DNA of 64,000 nt from Cyanophora paradoxa CCMP329 (GCA_004431415.1 QPMI01000657.1:1-64000), one strand, 5' to 3'; numbered from the stretch's first letter, positions 23,701 to 37,200 are shown. Numbers and translations are program-made. Notes: generated by a model not told the origin, from the sequence alone.

Positions 23701-25681
23701 CAAGGTCCAGAAAAGAAACTCCCAATTCACCCGATCATAGGCTTTGGAGAAATCAAGGAACCCCAAACAAAGTTCCTCGAGATCGGGATTATCCCCCTCA
23801 TAATACATCAATAAATATACGAGCATAAATTGATGCACCGCAGAACGTTTGGTGATAAAACCCGACTGATATTTTGATATTAAGCGGGGCATGATAGGGG
23901 TCAAGCGGTTAGATAATGCCCGCTCGACTGCTCGCTCCTCTACATTCGATAGAGCGATAGGCCGACGGTTAGTGACCAAAGTCGCATCCGTACCAGGTTT
24001 CGGAATTGGGACAATGAGGATATCTCGTAGCGAGCCAGGGGCCGCCTTCCGATTATGCATAGCCTTAAGGTATTCCATAAAATCTGGACCAATGTCGCCC
24101 CAGAAAGTACTATAAAATTCAGGTACTAAACCATCAAGTCCAGGGGATTTTCTAAGCCCAGATATATCCTTAAACGATTGCAACAATTCATAGGCGGCCA
24201 GTGGGGTATCGAGATCCACGGCCTCCCGCGGTATGAGTTTATAAGGCGCATACAGTAACGCACATTCAGCCCGTTCATCACGATGCGCCGCCACCACACT
24301 TTGAGCTTGCTGACCATCGTATAAATCAGCGAAATGAGCTGCCGACAACGTCATAAGCACAAAGGGATTATCAGAAGCATAAGAGGGATCCGGGGTGTTG
24401 GCCGGCCGGAGTTTATTCTCACATCCGGTCTCCTGCTCAGCAGTTCCGAAATAATGAGTGAAAAACTCCCGTCTCGATGTGGCCTCGTTCTGACTTGAGA
24501 ATAGCGAGTCAGCTTGAACGGCAGCCCTACACACTTGAGGCATGCGTTCCCGCAGCTCTCTATAAAGAGCAGAGCGGCCACTCAAGAAACTGTCCCGTAA
24601 GATCTCGCCCTGCGAATAGGCGGTGATGAGACGTTCGAGACGTTTCATGGCAGACCAGTAAGCCGACTTATTCTTGCGCCGCTCAGTCGACTCCCACGCA
24701 GAGAGAGCAGTCTGTAGATACCGTTTAAGAGCTTCGAAGCGAAGAATAGAATCGGATGCAGGCGAAGGCCACTCAGCACGCCACATCTGAAAAACCTTCC
24801 GAATTTCAGCGAGATACGCTGGGTTCTTCCCATAAAGGTCCCATCGCATCTTCCAGCGACCCGGCCCACGCTGATGAACTGGAGGGGACAGCGTGAGTTG
24901 AATTCCAATGTGATCAGAAAGAGGCCTATCAAGATGTCTGGAAGTGTATTTCATCCATGGGACGAGCACTGGGTTCCATGCGAGTAGGGATTGAGAGACA
25001 AAGAAATAATCTAGACGAGATTCGACGGCCCCGAGGCTGCCTGGGCATTAGTCCGATAAAACGTTTTAAATCGATTAGACCGGCGCTCATCCGTAGCAAG
25101 CGATGCAACATCCTGGAGTTGATATTGCGAGCAAACCGCTTCAAAGGATGCAGGGGGCGACACCCGCCCGAAGTACTGTTCGCGTCAGAAGGCAAAAGGT
25201 GAAAGTTAAAATCACCACATAAGATTAAATGGGACCCCACAGGAACGACCGAATCCAGAGTATGACACAATGTCTCGTAGAAGCCTAACCGTTCAGCATC
25301 CTGAACAGGTGCGTAAATGTTGCACAGGTAAATATTTACAGTTCCAGAGCGCAACAGGAACAGCTGCAGCCGGGAACTCTGTGCAGGAGCTAGCGAGGTA
25401 ATGCTAAATCGCTTATTAGGGAAGAGAGTAGCTACACCTTGACTGGCAACTTCTGGATTGAAAGCCCAGTACGAAGGGGTAGCCCCCCACTTGCCTTTCA
25501 GAAAATCAGCGTCTACTTTACTCGATACGTGAGTTTCCTGTAAACAAACTATGGATTTGCGAGACTGTTCACGAGCACACTTAAGGAGATAATCAACGTG
25601 GTGCATACCAAGTGAAGCACAGAAGCTTGTGTCTCCTACTAATTTCCCTGCAACGTTCAGGGAGACAATATTGATGGCCAT
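20790..25681 (-). CDS. Tx1/L1-like ORF2 (APE-RT-zf-RVT, plus a C2H2 finger in the extension), frameshifted
   Basis: SLNVAG, CLQETH, NIYAP, CGDFN, SDH; KSPGLDG, RRPIALSN, FLDFSKAYDRV, GVRQG, QFADDT, KYLG, DGGL; CRAC..SVRHVFFDC; CPICGKNFQSSADRDRHVRADKH. Confidence 0.9.
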
Positions 25682-25759
25682 AGTATGATCACGGTGGTTT
25701 AAAGAATCCAGAGAAAACTATGTACAAGCTTAAATTCAAGAAGGGCAAAATACGAGACG

Positions 25760-26885
25760 ACCCTACTTGCCAGTGCCAGAACCGGCACCAGTGCCAGAAC
25801 CGGCACCCGAACGCGTGTTGGAATTGTACGGCCGGCGGCAGCGATCTGCATGTTCGTCATCTCCGTGGGCAGGCCAGCGGGCTGCGCTCAGAAACAAGGT
25901 GAGGGCGAGTTGAAAAAAGTAATAAGAGTGCCAATTTATGAGATGTCTATGCATCGTATTTAAACAGTAATCCAGTTTTAAAGCCCAGATCAGAACAATT
26001 GCAAGTTCAAGGTGCCGCAGCTGCAGCGCAGCCTTGGCATCATGCCGCAGCTGCAGTGCAGCTTTGGCAGTCCACAACCCCAACTGCAGCGCAGCCGGGG
26101 GGCCACCAACTGTACACCCCTATTAGATCTGAACAAAAGAAAGAGCTCACCGGGTCTATAGCCATGTCCGAAGGGCCGCCAGCGGAGCCAGAGGGGCGGG
26201 AGGTGCGGCAGAGGCCTTCCCGGCCCGGGCTTGGAGAATGGCCTGAAGGGGAAGACAATGCGGTGGGCAGGCTTGGAGAGCTGTCCGTCAGGCCCTGGCG
26301 GGGCGGAGAGCTCAAGGCCCATAGGACCAGTTGCCTCCGTCCAACGCGGGCCAGTTGCTGGGTAAGAATAAGTAAACTGATCAGCTGCAGGCTTATCTGC
26401 AGCTGCGCTGGGCCCAGCTGCGGCTGTCTCCTTGCGGGCCGCCTTCTGAGGCCGGGACGCTGAGGACGGAGTGGACGCGGCGGAGAGTTTGGAGGTATGA
26501 AATTCAGAGAGAGAGGGGTGATGGTCAGCTAGGGGATGAGGAAGGTGAGGCCGGCCTCCGCAACCATACAGGCGGCAGTCCCGCCAGCTGGCCGCCACAC
26601 GAAGCTCAAGCCCGTCGCCAAAGGTAACCGTATTAGGAAGAGCAACTTGCACATCGAGCGGGGGCAGCTCAGAGAGATAGATCTTCATAATCCCGGCTGG
26701 CATGCCCCGCTGCTGATAATGAATGTGCCGGACTTTCAGGCCGCGCTGCGCCAGCCAATGGCGGATAGGGTCCTCATCGGGCCGATGCTGAAACTTCTCA
26801 AGCCAGATCCAGTGATCCTGGCCCTGCGGGCGCTGAAGCGGCGGCTGGCCAGGGTCAGGAGGCAGACCGCCCGCCGGCGGCGTCG
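25760..26885 (-). CDS. Tx1/L1-like ORF1, partial
   Basis: Frame reads ...HWIWLEKF...GLKVRHIHY...GIMKIYL...DGLELRV..CRLYGCGGRPHLPH (RRM-like region and degenerate knuckle), then low-complexity sequence, directly upstream of ORF2. Confidence 0.55.
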
Positions 26886-28144
26886 GTACAGTATATTTTT
26901 ACGCGTAAAGTTTTTTGGAGACTTCCGCAAATATTTTCTGTACCGTACAAGCGAGTCCCTGCGGAGCAGGAGTGGCCTTGGGTATTGGGGTCTCAAGGCG
27001 TGAGGGTGGCCGCTCTTTGTTTTTAAAACGCGTACGGGGGCCCGCAACCGCGCGCGGTTATTATATATATTTATTGCTGCAGCTGTTGAGAGGACTACGC
27101 CGCCTAGTAGCTTCTAGCTTGGTCTAGCTATAGCTAGCGCCAGCGATTCGTGCCACGCCGCGGTGCGCCACGCCGGCGCCGGCGCCGCGCGCGCCGCGCG
27201 CGTATACGCGTGGCGGTCTCGTATACGTATACGGTACTGTATATCGATATCAGTTGCAGTGACGCTGATCATGAGCTGAGCGAAGCGACGCGTGACGCGC
27301 GCGGCTCGGTCACGTGCACGGCCGCGGTGACTCCAGCCTACCAGCCGGGTACATGTACAGAGGCTTTTTGCAATTTCCATCGGCGAAGGGGAAGCAAGCT
27401 GGAAGCCAATGACATTTGCGCTTGTCCGTGAATGGGGCGATTGAGCTTTTCGGCCAATGGCGATCGGGCTTCACGCGAACAATTTCGTTCGTACGTGCTG
27501 TTAGTGCTTGTTAGAGGTGTCAAATTTGAAAAGTAGCACCGCCATCGTGCTCCCTAGGGTCGAAAATGGGTACCTAGGTCTAAAACTTTTGTCTATAAAA
27601 TCAATTTGAAGTTCAGGACAAGATAGGCACAGACCTAAGGGCCTCTCCTTTCCCCAAGGCCGAAAGTGAGGGGGTAGGGGGGTACAGGCTCATGATCAGA
27701 CGGCCCTTAGCGCGGGAACAACCATGCCTCCGAGGCGCGGAGCTAAGCGTCAGTAGCAGCGACAGCAGGCCGGGGGGCCAGGGGTGCCAGGGGGGGCCTT
27801 CGCTGGCGCCCGGCCGGGGCTCGCTAAGGGAGGGTTCAGCCGGTATACGTACCCGCAAATAATAACAGTACCGTAGAACAGCTATTTTCACGAATCCGCA
27901 AATATTTCTGTACCGCAAATTACCCGAAGTACAGTACGGTGTTAGTACCGTGTTACAATCAAGGAAACAAACTTGCAACTCCGTTCAAACCTCCGAAACA
28001 CTCGTCAGATTTACAATGCATATGAATCTCGAAGATATGATTGATTCTAGCTGTCAGCAAATTTAAGTTCCGGATTCGAAGCGGCCCATTTTACAGTACC
28101 CCAATTACGGCTCTTTGGTAATTTTTAATGGCGTTCTGGGATCC

Positions 28145-28511
28145 TTTTTTTTTTTGAGAGACTACGGTGGGGCGAACCCCCCGTAGGTAGTGATATTAAA
28201 GACAACAAAGCAATCACAACTCAAAGATACAGTAAACTAGCACAAAATATATACAGAATCAAGAGGGATCACGAGAAGGGACACGATCAGAAGAACGCAA
28301 AAGATAAGGAGAACGAGCACGAGGAGAAGGAGTAGAAGAACTCAAGGGCGTCGACGCAGAATTACTAGTCACACTAGAACGACGAGGAGCACGGGGACGC
28401 AGCAAATAAGGAGAACGAGCACGAGGAACTACAGTCGAAGACGAAGATCTAGACGAAGACGACAAGACAGAGCTAACAGCAGAACTAGAAGACGTAGTCG
28501 CAGGAGGCAAA
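28145..28511 (-). mobile_element. 5'-truncated retroposed LINE 3' fragment with poly(A) tail and 15-bp TSD
   Basis: T11 at 28145-28155. GGCGTTCTGGGATCC is duplicated at 28130-28144 and 28512-28526. Ser/Arg-rich ORF tail ends RDPS*. 3' stem-loop at 28162-28186. Confidence 0.92.
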
Positions 28512-30074
28512 GGCGTTCTGGGATCCGCGCACCGTGCGACGCACGGTTCCAGCGGTTCGATTTCCGCCCTGAGGGCGCCCTCGAGCTCCGTTCAAAATTT
28601 TAAGTACCTAGGTAAATCGCAAAATGTGAACAAGGCACTTCAACATCGATATCACATCATTCACATGCACTGTCAAGCCATGAATCTCATGATCAGTGTC
28701 GACTGCGACAGTGTCAAGTCAACGTCACTGTCAACATACTGCGAGCTCAAGTCTGCGACTGCGACGACAAGCTCGAACAAGCAGGGGGGCAAGCCCCCCC
28801 GCACCCCCCCATTTATTGAACTTGTATAATCTGCAATATCAATGAATCGCAAATCTCGCAATTTCGCGAACGCGTACGTGAATCGCAGGGCTTCTCCAGT
28901 GCTATAGCTCAGCGGCTAGTCTCTGTGTGTGAAGTCTTTGTGTGAACGTGAATCGCGCCGCGGCACCATGAATTGTAATCGCGAAATTCGCACTGCTGTC
29001 TCTGGTGGGCAGGTGCCACGGTGCTTTAATTTGCGCATGCCGCAGTGCGCTCTCAGCGGAGCATGATTATAATTAATAACTGCACGTGCACATGTTGGGC
29101 GCCGGCGCCGGCCTCGTCATCGATATATATCGTCACTATCGTGGCAGTCTGCCAGATCTAGACACTCTCGTGGCAAAAGAATAATCACGATCCTAGGGCT
29201 CATGATCATCGGATCAGCATCGTCTTCAAATTGCTACAGCCGCGCTACTTCGAATTCAGGGAATCGGGCGCTTCGCTCGAAAACTACATTACTAGCAGCA
29301 TGCGCAGCCCGTTCACGTGCACAGATCTAGAAGGTCCGGTGCAGCATGCGCAATTGCAGCACCGTACCCAGTGCCTGTACATGTGTGTACGCGGTTGTTC
29401 AGCCAACGACAGCTGCAAGCTGTAGCTGCCGCAGTGCTGTACAGCCCGTACTACGCCCGCGGTAGTACGCCTGCATGCATGAATGCAGCTGCAGCCTACA
29501 GGCTACAGCCTACAGGCTACAGCTTATACCAGTAATTACTCCGGTGCGCGTTTCCGTTACTTTCCGTTACTTTCCGTTAACGTTATCCGCCACCTTCCGT
29601 TACTTTCGGTTATCCACCAGTGACCGCCAGTGTCCGGCACTGTCCGCCACTAGGACTTTCCGTGCACGTGCACACCAGTGACACACTGACAGTGTGACAC
29701 CACTGGCCAGCTTAACTGTTCGGAACTTCTTCGAAGTCGCAATTCCGGTACCTGGTACCGGACTCCGGGAGCAACTTCCGATGATAACAATGAACGTCAT
29801 CGGGATATTGGACCGATTCGTACCGCATCGCGTCGCGATCGATTTCGAATTCAACTTGGCAACGACCGATCGGACGGATTCAGCTGGCCAGCCGCCAGCT
29901 GGCCGCTGGCCAGCGCGCGCGGCCGCGTCGCCCGGTGCCAGCGCGCCGGCTGGGCGGCGGGCGCGCGTGGGCGCCGGCTGTGCGGCCGCCGCCGGCCCGC
30001 CGGCCGGTTGTCACGTGCACAGTGTGGGCATGCGTGCGCTCACTGCTCATGATCAGCTGCGCATGCGCTGCGCA

Positions 30075-30608
30075 TGCGCGTTCACGTGGCAGCCCACTGG
30101 CAGGCGCCGCCAGGCGGTGACAGCGGTGTTTTACTACTGGTCCGAACTCAAAGTGCCAATTGAGTATGAGGTCGGGAGTTTGAATAGGGGCTCCGTTGCG
30201 TACCGTAGACTCCGTAGTACCGTAGTACGCTACTGCCAGCCTACTGGTACGTATACTAGGCTAGTACGGGGCCTCTATAGCTACAGGCTACAGCCGCCTA
30301 CTACGGGCCGCTGTGCGGCCTTCCGTGGCCGGGCTAGGCAGCTGCGCAGCCTGCAGCTGGCATGCTGCCAGGCTGGCTGGTTAACGTTGTGCCAGCCTCT
30401 GCCAGCCCAGCCTGGCAGTGCCAGGCTGCCAGCGCAAGCTTAAGTCAAGTGCGTTGGCCAACGCATGCGCAGTCACGCGCGTGCGGTGCGCGTTCACATG
30501 GCAGCCCACTGGCAGTCGCCGCCAGGCGGCGACAGCGGTCTTCTACTACTGGTCCGTACTCAAAGTGCCAATTGAGTATGAGGTCGGGAGTTTGAATAGG
30601 GGCTCCGT
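30075..30608. repeat. Pair of ~122-bp direct repeats (30075-30196, 30487-30608)
   Basis: Both run ...GGCAGCCCACTGGCAG...ACTCAAAGTGCCAATTGAGTATGAGGTCGGGAGTTTGAATAGGGGCTCCGT. Confidence 0.9.
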
Positions 30609-31293
30609 CGCGTTTTGGCTCGGCTGTTGCGTACTACTCGTGTTTTTTTACGTGTGTGCGCTTGCGTCATAAGTAATAAGTTATAACTTAGTATTAATTC
30701 AAGTTGCGCTGTTTACGAATCACGTGCACGGAACGAACTTCGGAATCACGAGCACGTGCATCTGTACGAGCTCGGGAATCACGTGATGAGGCTCGGAGTG
30801 TACGGCGCACTGTGCGTCGAAATGGGGTGTACACCCCGTCGGAAGGGCGCGTCACGTAGAACATTGATACATGTGCCGTGGTGTATCAAAATACTATCAA
30901 TGCGACGTCCACTTTCGCAAAAAAAGAAATGGGGTGTATACCCCACCACTCTCAAGTTTTACTCGGCCAGCTAGCAGGGCCCAAGTAAAGTACCGTACCA
31001 CTATATATAGCTATAGCTTCGCTACACGATTTCCTGCGAAGTTTAACCAGGACGGTCGAAACAAAATACAGTCTACTGACAAATATCGCTCAGACTAGCT
31101 CAAGAAGTAACGGGAATACATGTACACGAATGAACAGCTCACCGCGGCGAGGCATACACTTTTCAAGGGCCTCACTACACTCTGTAATTATAACTCAGTG
31201 AAAGAAAGTCCAGATTATCTTAAGCACGTACACAAAGGACACGGTGGTCATACACGCACTAACTACAATATTCTAAGCTAGAGCTATATATAG

Positions 31294-34200
31294 CTAGATC
31301 AGCATGGGTATGAAGTTTGCGGTCCAGGTGGGGTCCTCGGGCCCGGAGAGGAGCCGCTCGAGGGGCCGCAGGCGCATCCCCGTCTCCTCCGCGATGCGCG
31401 TGGCCCGGTTGATGGCCGCCGCCGAGGCGGCCGGGTCCGCCCTGCGCGCGCGCGCCCCCGCGAGTTACGTTTAAATTTGATCTCAAGCGGCTCGCGCTTC
31501 GATTCGCTTAAGCATCTCAGCATCTCGATTCGCTAGATCAAATTTGTTTTGAAGCGGATTCGCTCAAGCATCTCAGCGCTAGCGGACCTGCGCTCGACGG
31601 CGGCGAGGCGGACGCATGCCATAGCCTGCGCAGGCGCAGGCGCAGGCGGATCAATTTGATTTCACGCGCCGAGCCGGAGACGCGGGGTCCTTTAAATGTC
31701 ACTCGCCTCGTAGGGGCGCAGGCCGCTCCGGGCGAAGGCGTCCCTGGAGGCCTGCAGGTGCCGCCGGCGGCGCTCGGGGCCCAGGCCGGGCCGCCCCGCC
31801 CGCGCCAGCTCCAGCAGCGGCTCCGCCACCCGCTCGCTCTTGCGCATCGCCCTCAGCGCGCCCTCCACCTGATCGAAGCGTTATAGTCACTGAGTTACTT
31901 TCTATAATAGATCTATGAGAAGGTCTCACCCGGTCGACCAGGGCGGAGGCCTCCCGCGCCTCGCGCCTCGCCGCCTCGCGGGAGGGCGCTGCCGCCGCCG
32001 CCGGCCCCGCCGCGCCCTTGGGCGGCCCCGCCTCCGCCGCCGCGTACTCGCTCGCCGCGACGGCCGCCGATCCCCGCCCGCAGCCGCAGAAGCTTAAGCC
32101 ACGGGGCGGGCCGCCCAGGCCCGCGGAGGAGAGGGCGGCGTGGGCCTCCGCCTCGCGCCAGGCCGCGTACTCCAGCACGACCGCGAGCGCCGCTGGCGAG
32201 AGAGGGAAAGTGAGCGGGACCGGCGGTGTCGTCCAGACAAAACGGTAGAAGCTGGGGCTCTTAGTTGTTCTTCTTAGCTATCCCTGCCTTCTCTATTCTT
32301 CTTCTTAATGCGATTGCGGAGCGGGCGCACGGAAGGAGATCCAGATGGGGGAGCCCTGGGTGATGGCCAGCGCGAGGACGCCGGCCGCCGAGGACGCCAT
32401 CGCCCCCGCGCGCCCCGTCCCCCGCCACTCCAGAAGGCTCTGCGCGCGGCGCCGGCCCGTGTTTAGTTGGGCGCTTGTGAAATTGTTATTCCACGCGCAA
32501 GCTTCAGCCAAGCCAAGCTTCAGCCAAGCCAAGCTTCAGCCAAGCCAAGCTTCAGCCAAGCCAAGCTTCAGCCAAGCCAAGCTTCAGCCAAGCCAAGCTT
32601 CAGCCAAGCCAAGCTTCAGCCAAGCCAAGCTTCAGCCAAGCCAAGCTTCAGCCAAGCCAAGCTTCAGCCAAGCCAAGCTTCAGCCAAGCCAAGCTTCAGC
32701 CAAGCCAAGCTTCAGCCAAGCCAAGCTTCAGCCAAGCCAAGCTTCAGCCAAGCCAAGCTTCAGCCAAGCCAAGCTTCAGCCAAGCCAAGCTTCAGCCAAG
32801 CCAAGCTTCAGCCAAGCCAAGCTTCAGCCAAGCCAAGCTTCAGCCAAGCCAAGCTTCAGCCAAGCCAAGCTTCAGCCAAGCCAAGCTTCAGCCAAGCCAA
32901 GCTTCAGCCAAGCCAAGCTTCAGCCAAGCCAAGCTTCAGCCAAGAGAATCAGCCGCCAAAGGAGCTAGAAGCTAGCTATAGCTTTCCAGAATGCGCTCTA
33001 GGATTCGCTTAAAGCTTCTCTGGAGGATCGGGGGGGGGGGGGTACCTCGGCGAGGGCGCGGGCGACGCCGATCCACTGCCAGCCGTGCTCCTGCTCCTCC
33101 TCCTGGGGGGCGGGAAGGGTTCTCAGCGGAGCGGGAGGGGCCCAGCGGAGCTCACGCTAGGCCCAGGGCTGGTGAAGAGAATCTAAGCTCTAGAGAGCTC
33201 TAGAGAGCAGCCCAGCAAAGCTCACGCTGAGAGAAGGAGTGAGAGAGCCTAAGCGGGGCCTAAGCGAGCCGGGGTGGGGTCCCGGGGGTTGCGGGGGCCC
33301 GGGGGCGGGGCGGGGCGCGGTCGGGGCGGGGGCGGGCGGACGATCTCGAAGAGGTCGGAGAGCTGCTCGGCCGCCTCGTCGTCGTCCTGCGCGGGTGGGC
33401 GGGCGCGAGGGAGGCGGCCGGCGTGAGCTGAGAAGGGTGTGGGGTGTGGGCGAGGGGAAGGAAGGGGGGGTACCTTCATGGTGAGGCCGAAGGTGGCGAG
33501 CGAGGCGCAGACGGCCGCGTACGCGTTGATTCCCACCCGCCTGACGGGGCCCCAGGGTGAGAACGGAGACGCGGGAGAGCCCTCAAGCTTTAGTGTGGCG
33601 GAGAAGCCTAAGATCTGAGCGGAGGCGGGGGCGGGGGCGGGGGCGGGGGCGGGGGGGGGGGTGGGGGCACCCGAAGTGGCCGACGAGCTCGAAGGCGACG
33701 CGCTTCATCTCCGCGAGCTCCCCTGCGCGGAGGCGTGAGAAGGGAGGGGGGGGGGGGAGCGGGGGGAGAGAGGGAGGAGAGGGGTATATCTAGAAGGGCG
33801 CCGCCGGGCGGCGCCGGGGCTAGGAAAGAAGGGGGAGGGGAGGGGGGGTTTGGGCCGCACGGTGAGGAGGAGGGAGCAGAGGTACGTCACCGCGTAGTCC
33901 GTCTGGAAGGGGCCTGCGCGAACGAAGGCGCGTCGGGAACGCGGCAGAAGAGGAACACAGCCTTCGGCTCTTGTGCCCTTGCCGCCGAGCTCGAGGCCGC
34001 TAGGCTGGCTCCCCCACTAGGCTAAATATATCTCCCGCCCCCCAACCTTCGCCTCCGCGCGCGCTATAAATAGCGCTCGCGCACCGTAGTAGCCGCCGAG
34101 CTCGAGGGTGCGGCGGAAGAGGGACGTCGCCTCCACGAAGCTGCCCCGGAAGCAGCGCTGCAGGCCCGCCTGCCCCAGCACCCCCGCCCGCGCCTGCGGG

Positions 34201-37200
34201 AGGCGCGAAGTCGGCGGGGGCGGGGCGGGGCGGGAGGGGAAGGGGCGGAGGGGCGGAGGGGCGGAGGGGAGGGCCGGGGAAGGAGTCGACGAGCTCGGCG
34301 AGGGCCTTTAAGAAGCTCAATGAAGAAATCAAGTAATAAAAGAAGTAACAAGCTAAGGAGACTAAGTCTGGTCGGGAGGGAGGGAGGGAGGGAGGGAGGG
34401 GGCCGCACGTCGGGGGCGTCGACGAGCTCGGCGAGGGCCTCGGCCCGCTCCAGCACCCGCCGGCTCTCCCCCGCCCGCCCCATCACTGCCGGGGCCGAGG
34501 CGCCGAGGCGCGTCAGCGGCGGGCCGCCTTTCTATCTTTGGGATGGGGGCGGAGCGGGGCGGGGCGGGCGGGGCGGACGGAGGAGGACGGTAGAGAAGGT
34601 GGCGCTGATCCGCGCCAGGTTCACCGCCGCGATCTGCCCGACCGGACAAACGGATCTGCTCGACGGGGGCGGGGCGGAGGGGGAGGGGGAGGGGCCGGGG
34701 GCGCCCTGGGGTACGGCACGCACCTCCCAGGGCAGGTCCTGCAGCATGTCCAGCGCCCGCACCACCTGCGAACGAAGCCTTGAAGTGAGCGAGCGGGCCG
34801 CGCCGGGCGCTGAAGCCGGGGCATCATAGGATGAGAGTAATAGCTAATCGGCTCAGATTAGCTTCTTATCGGCGTAGATTAGCTTCTCAGCGTAAAGTCA
34901 GCGAGCCGAGCGGTCTGTTAGGGATCGTGCGGACGGGCGGGCTCGCCTTGGCGCCGAAGAGGGCCCTCAGGCCCCGCCCCAGCTTGGCCTGGAGCATCCC
35001 CACCAGAATCAGGCAGTTCGCCGCCGCCGATCGGATCTGATGGGGGCGGGGGTACAGAGGAGGTGAATAATAGAGGTGAGGAGGGGTCGAGCGAGCGGCG
35101 GGCGCTCGCCTGGGAGCGGCGGGCCTCCTCGGGGCTGGCGGCCCGGCGGGAGGTGACGGCCGTGAGGGGCTCGCTGGCGTATCGCTTCAGGATCCGCCGC
35201 ATCTGCTTCAGGATGCCTAGAAAAGAGGAAGACGTCAGAGAAGGACGTCACGGGTGGAGGAGGGAAGAAGAGGGGGGGACCGATGGCGGTGCCGACGGAG
35301 AGCTTCGAGGGGGGTATCGCCTCTCCCGCGCAGTCCAGCGCGAACAGCTGCGGCGAAAAAGAAGTGGGCACAGAACCGCCGCGGCGAACGAGGGCGAAAA
35401 CGGAAACGGGGGGTTACCGCGAGCTCCTGGGCGAACTCGAGCCGCCCCAGGATGAACCTGGCTCATGTTAGTCAGCGACGGCGCGACCCGCGGTTCGAGT
35501 GGGGGGTACAGGAGTTCTAGAGATCGAGCTCACTCGGCGAAGGCCCAGTTCCTAAGGCTCTCGACGAGCATGAGGCGCCAGCGGTGGGCTTCGTCGTCGT
35601 CGTGCCCGGGCCCCGGCCGGCCCTGCCGCGGGGCCAGGGGGCTCGCGTCGGGGAGCCAGCGCGAGGCCGCGAGCTCCGCCTCCAGCCTGTCCCCGGAGGT
35701 AAGCGGGCTTTCGCCAAGAGTCGCAGAGGGCGCGCTTCTAAGCAGGCGGCGGGGAAGCTCGAGATGAGAGCCCGCGTCTAAGCTCCAGTTTCTCGAAGGC
35801 GCGAGGGGGGAGGGGCGGGGCGGGCCTCGGGGGCAGGCGGGCGGGGAGGGCGGCGAGGTCGAGCCCCACGATGGTGATGACCATCTCCGCGAAGAAGCGC
35901 CGCGCCTGCGGGCAAAGCGAGGCCTCTCAGCAGGGCAGAAGCGCCTGAAGCAAGGCGAGGCAGGGCGCCTCAGGAGCTTCTCGTGCGTCATATCTTAAGG
36001 AAAGATAGAGATCTTAAGGAAAGACAGAGATCTTAAGGATCTGCCCCCATCTTAAGGATCTGCGCGGGGCGTCTCAGGAGCTTCTCGAGTCTATCTTGCC
36101 GAGTCGAGGCATTTGAGATCTAAAGGATCAGGGCGCCGCTCCGCCCCCGTTCGCCGTCGAACGCTCGCGATCAAGGCTCGGCGGGGCGCATGCATGCGGC
36201 GGGGCACCCATATTGGTCTTATAAGAGGTATTAGAGTTACAAGAAATCTGGACCTAATTGTCATTAGGGGCGGACCTCGGGCATGGCGCCGCGGAAGGAA
36301 TTAGAGGTATTAGAGATCTGGACCTAAGGATATCAAAGATTATTAGGGGCGGACCTCGGGCATGGCGCCGCGGGAGACGGCGGCGGCGGCGGCGGCCTCC
36401 ATGTGCGGCAGCGCCCGCTCCGCCTCCTCCGCCTGCCGCCAGTGCAGCCTGCGAGGAGGGCGAGGGGGGCGCCGGTCAGGCGGGGGCGAGGCGGGAGCGG
36501 GGAGGGGCGGACGCGAGGTGCGTGGGGCCGGCGTCGGGCCCGGGGGCCTCCTCGAGGTAGCGCGCGTGCGCGGCGTGCACGTCGCGCCGCTGCGCCCGCG
36601 CCATCGACCCGTACAGCGCCTCCTGCGAGGACGACGAAGAAGCCTTTGAGAGAGGGGAAGCATTAAGAAGCATTTAGAGGGGAAGCCTTCAGAGGCAATT
36701 CGAGACGAAGCCGTCAGAGGAGGAGAAGAGGAGGAGGAGAGGAGAAGGGGGGCGGACGGACGGAAGCCGTCAGCGCCGCGGCGGGGCGGGGCGGGGCGCG
36801 GAGCACTAGAGCGCTGTCAAAACGCCGCAGAAGACTTTCGAGGAGAAGCCTTGAAGCCTACAGAAGCCTACTAGAGCGCCGCGGAAGGCTTTGATTTGAC
36901 TTGCGAACTAGTGCTCGCCTGGACGAGGGCGCTAGAGGTCCTTTCGCTGACTTAAGGAGCGCTAGAGCCTTTGGAAGCCTTCATAATTAGAGGAGCAGCC
37001 TTCAGAGGAGAAGCCTTTAGAGGAGAAGCCTTGAGCGAACTCGCCTGGACGAGGGCGTAGAGGAGAAGCCTTTAGAAGCCATTAGAAGCCTCTAGAAGGC
37101 TTTGATTTTGAGACCTTTAGAGACTGATTTAGAGCGAGCTCGCCTGGACGAGGGCGCTAGAGGTCCTTTCGCTGACTTAAGGAGCGCCTTTAGAGAGGAG

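Larger units (their letters stand above)
20194..26885 (-). mobile_element. Tx1/L1-like LINE, 5'-truncated in ORF1, no poly(A) tail visible
   Basis: ORF1 remnant plus ORF2 with APE, RT and CCHC motifs; lower GC than the flanks. Confidence 0.88.

Noticed and set aside
32477-32492. TGTGAAATTGTTAT matching part of the lac operator/pUC region
   Set aside because: Only ~14 bp with no flanking vector sequence; best treated as chance.
32345-33012. QAKLQPSQASAKPSFS repeat proteins
   Set aside because: They are the translation of an intronic 16-bp minisatellite on the strand opposite the gene.
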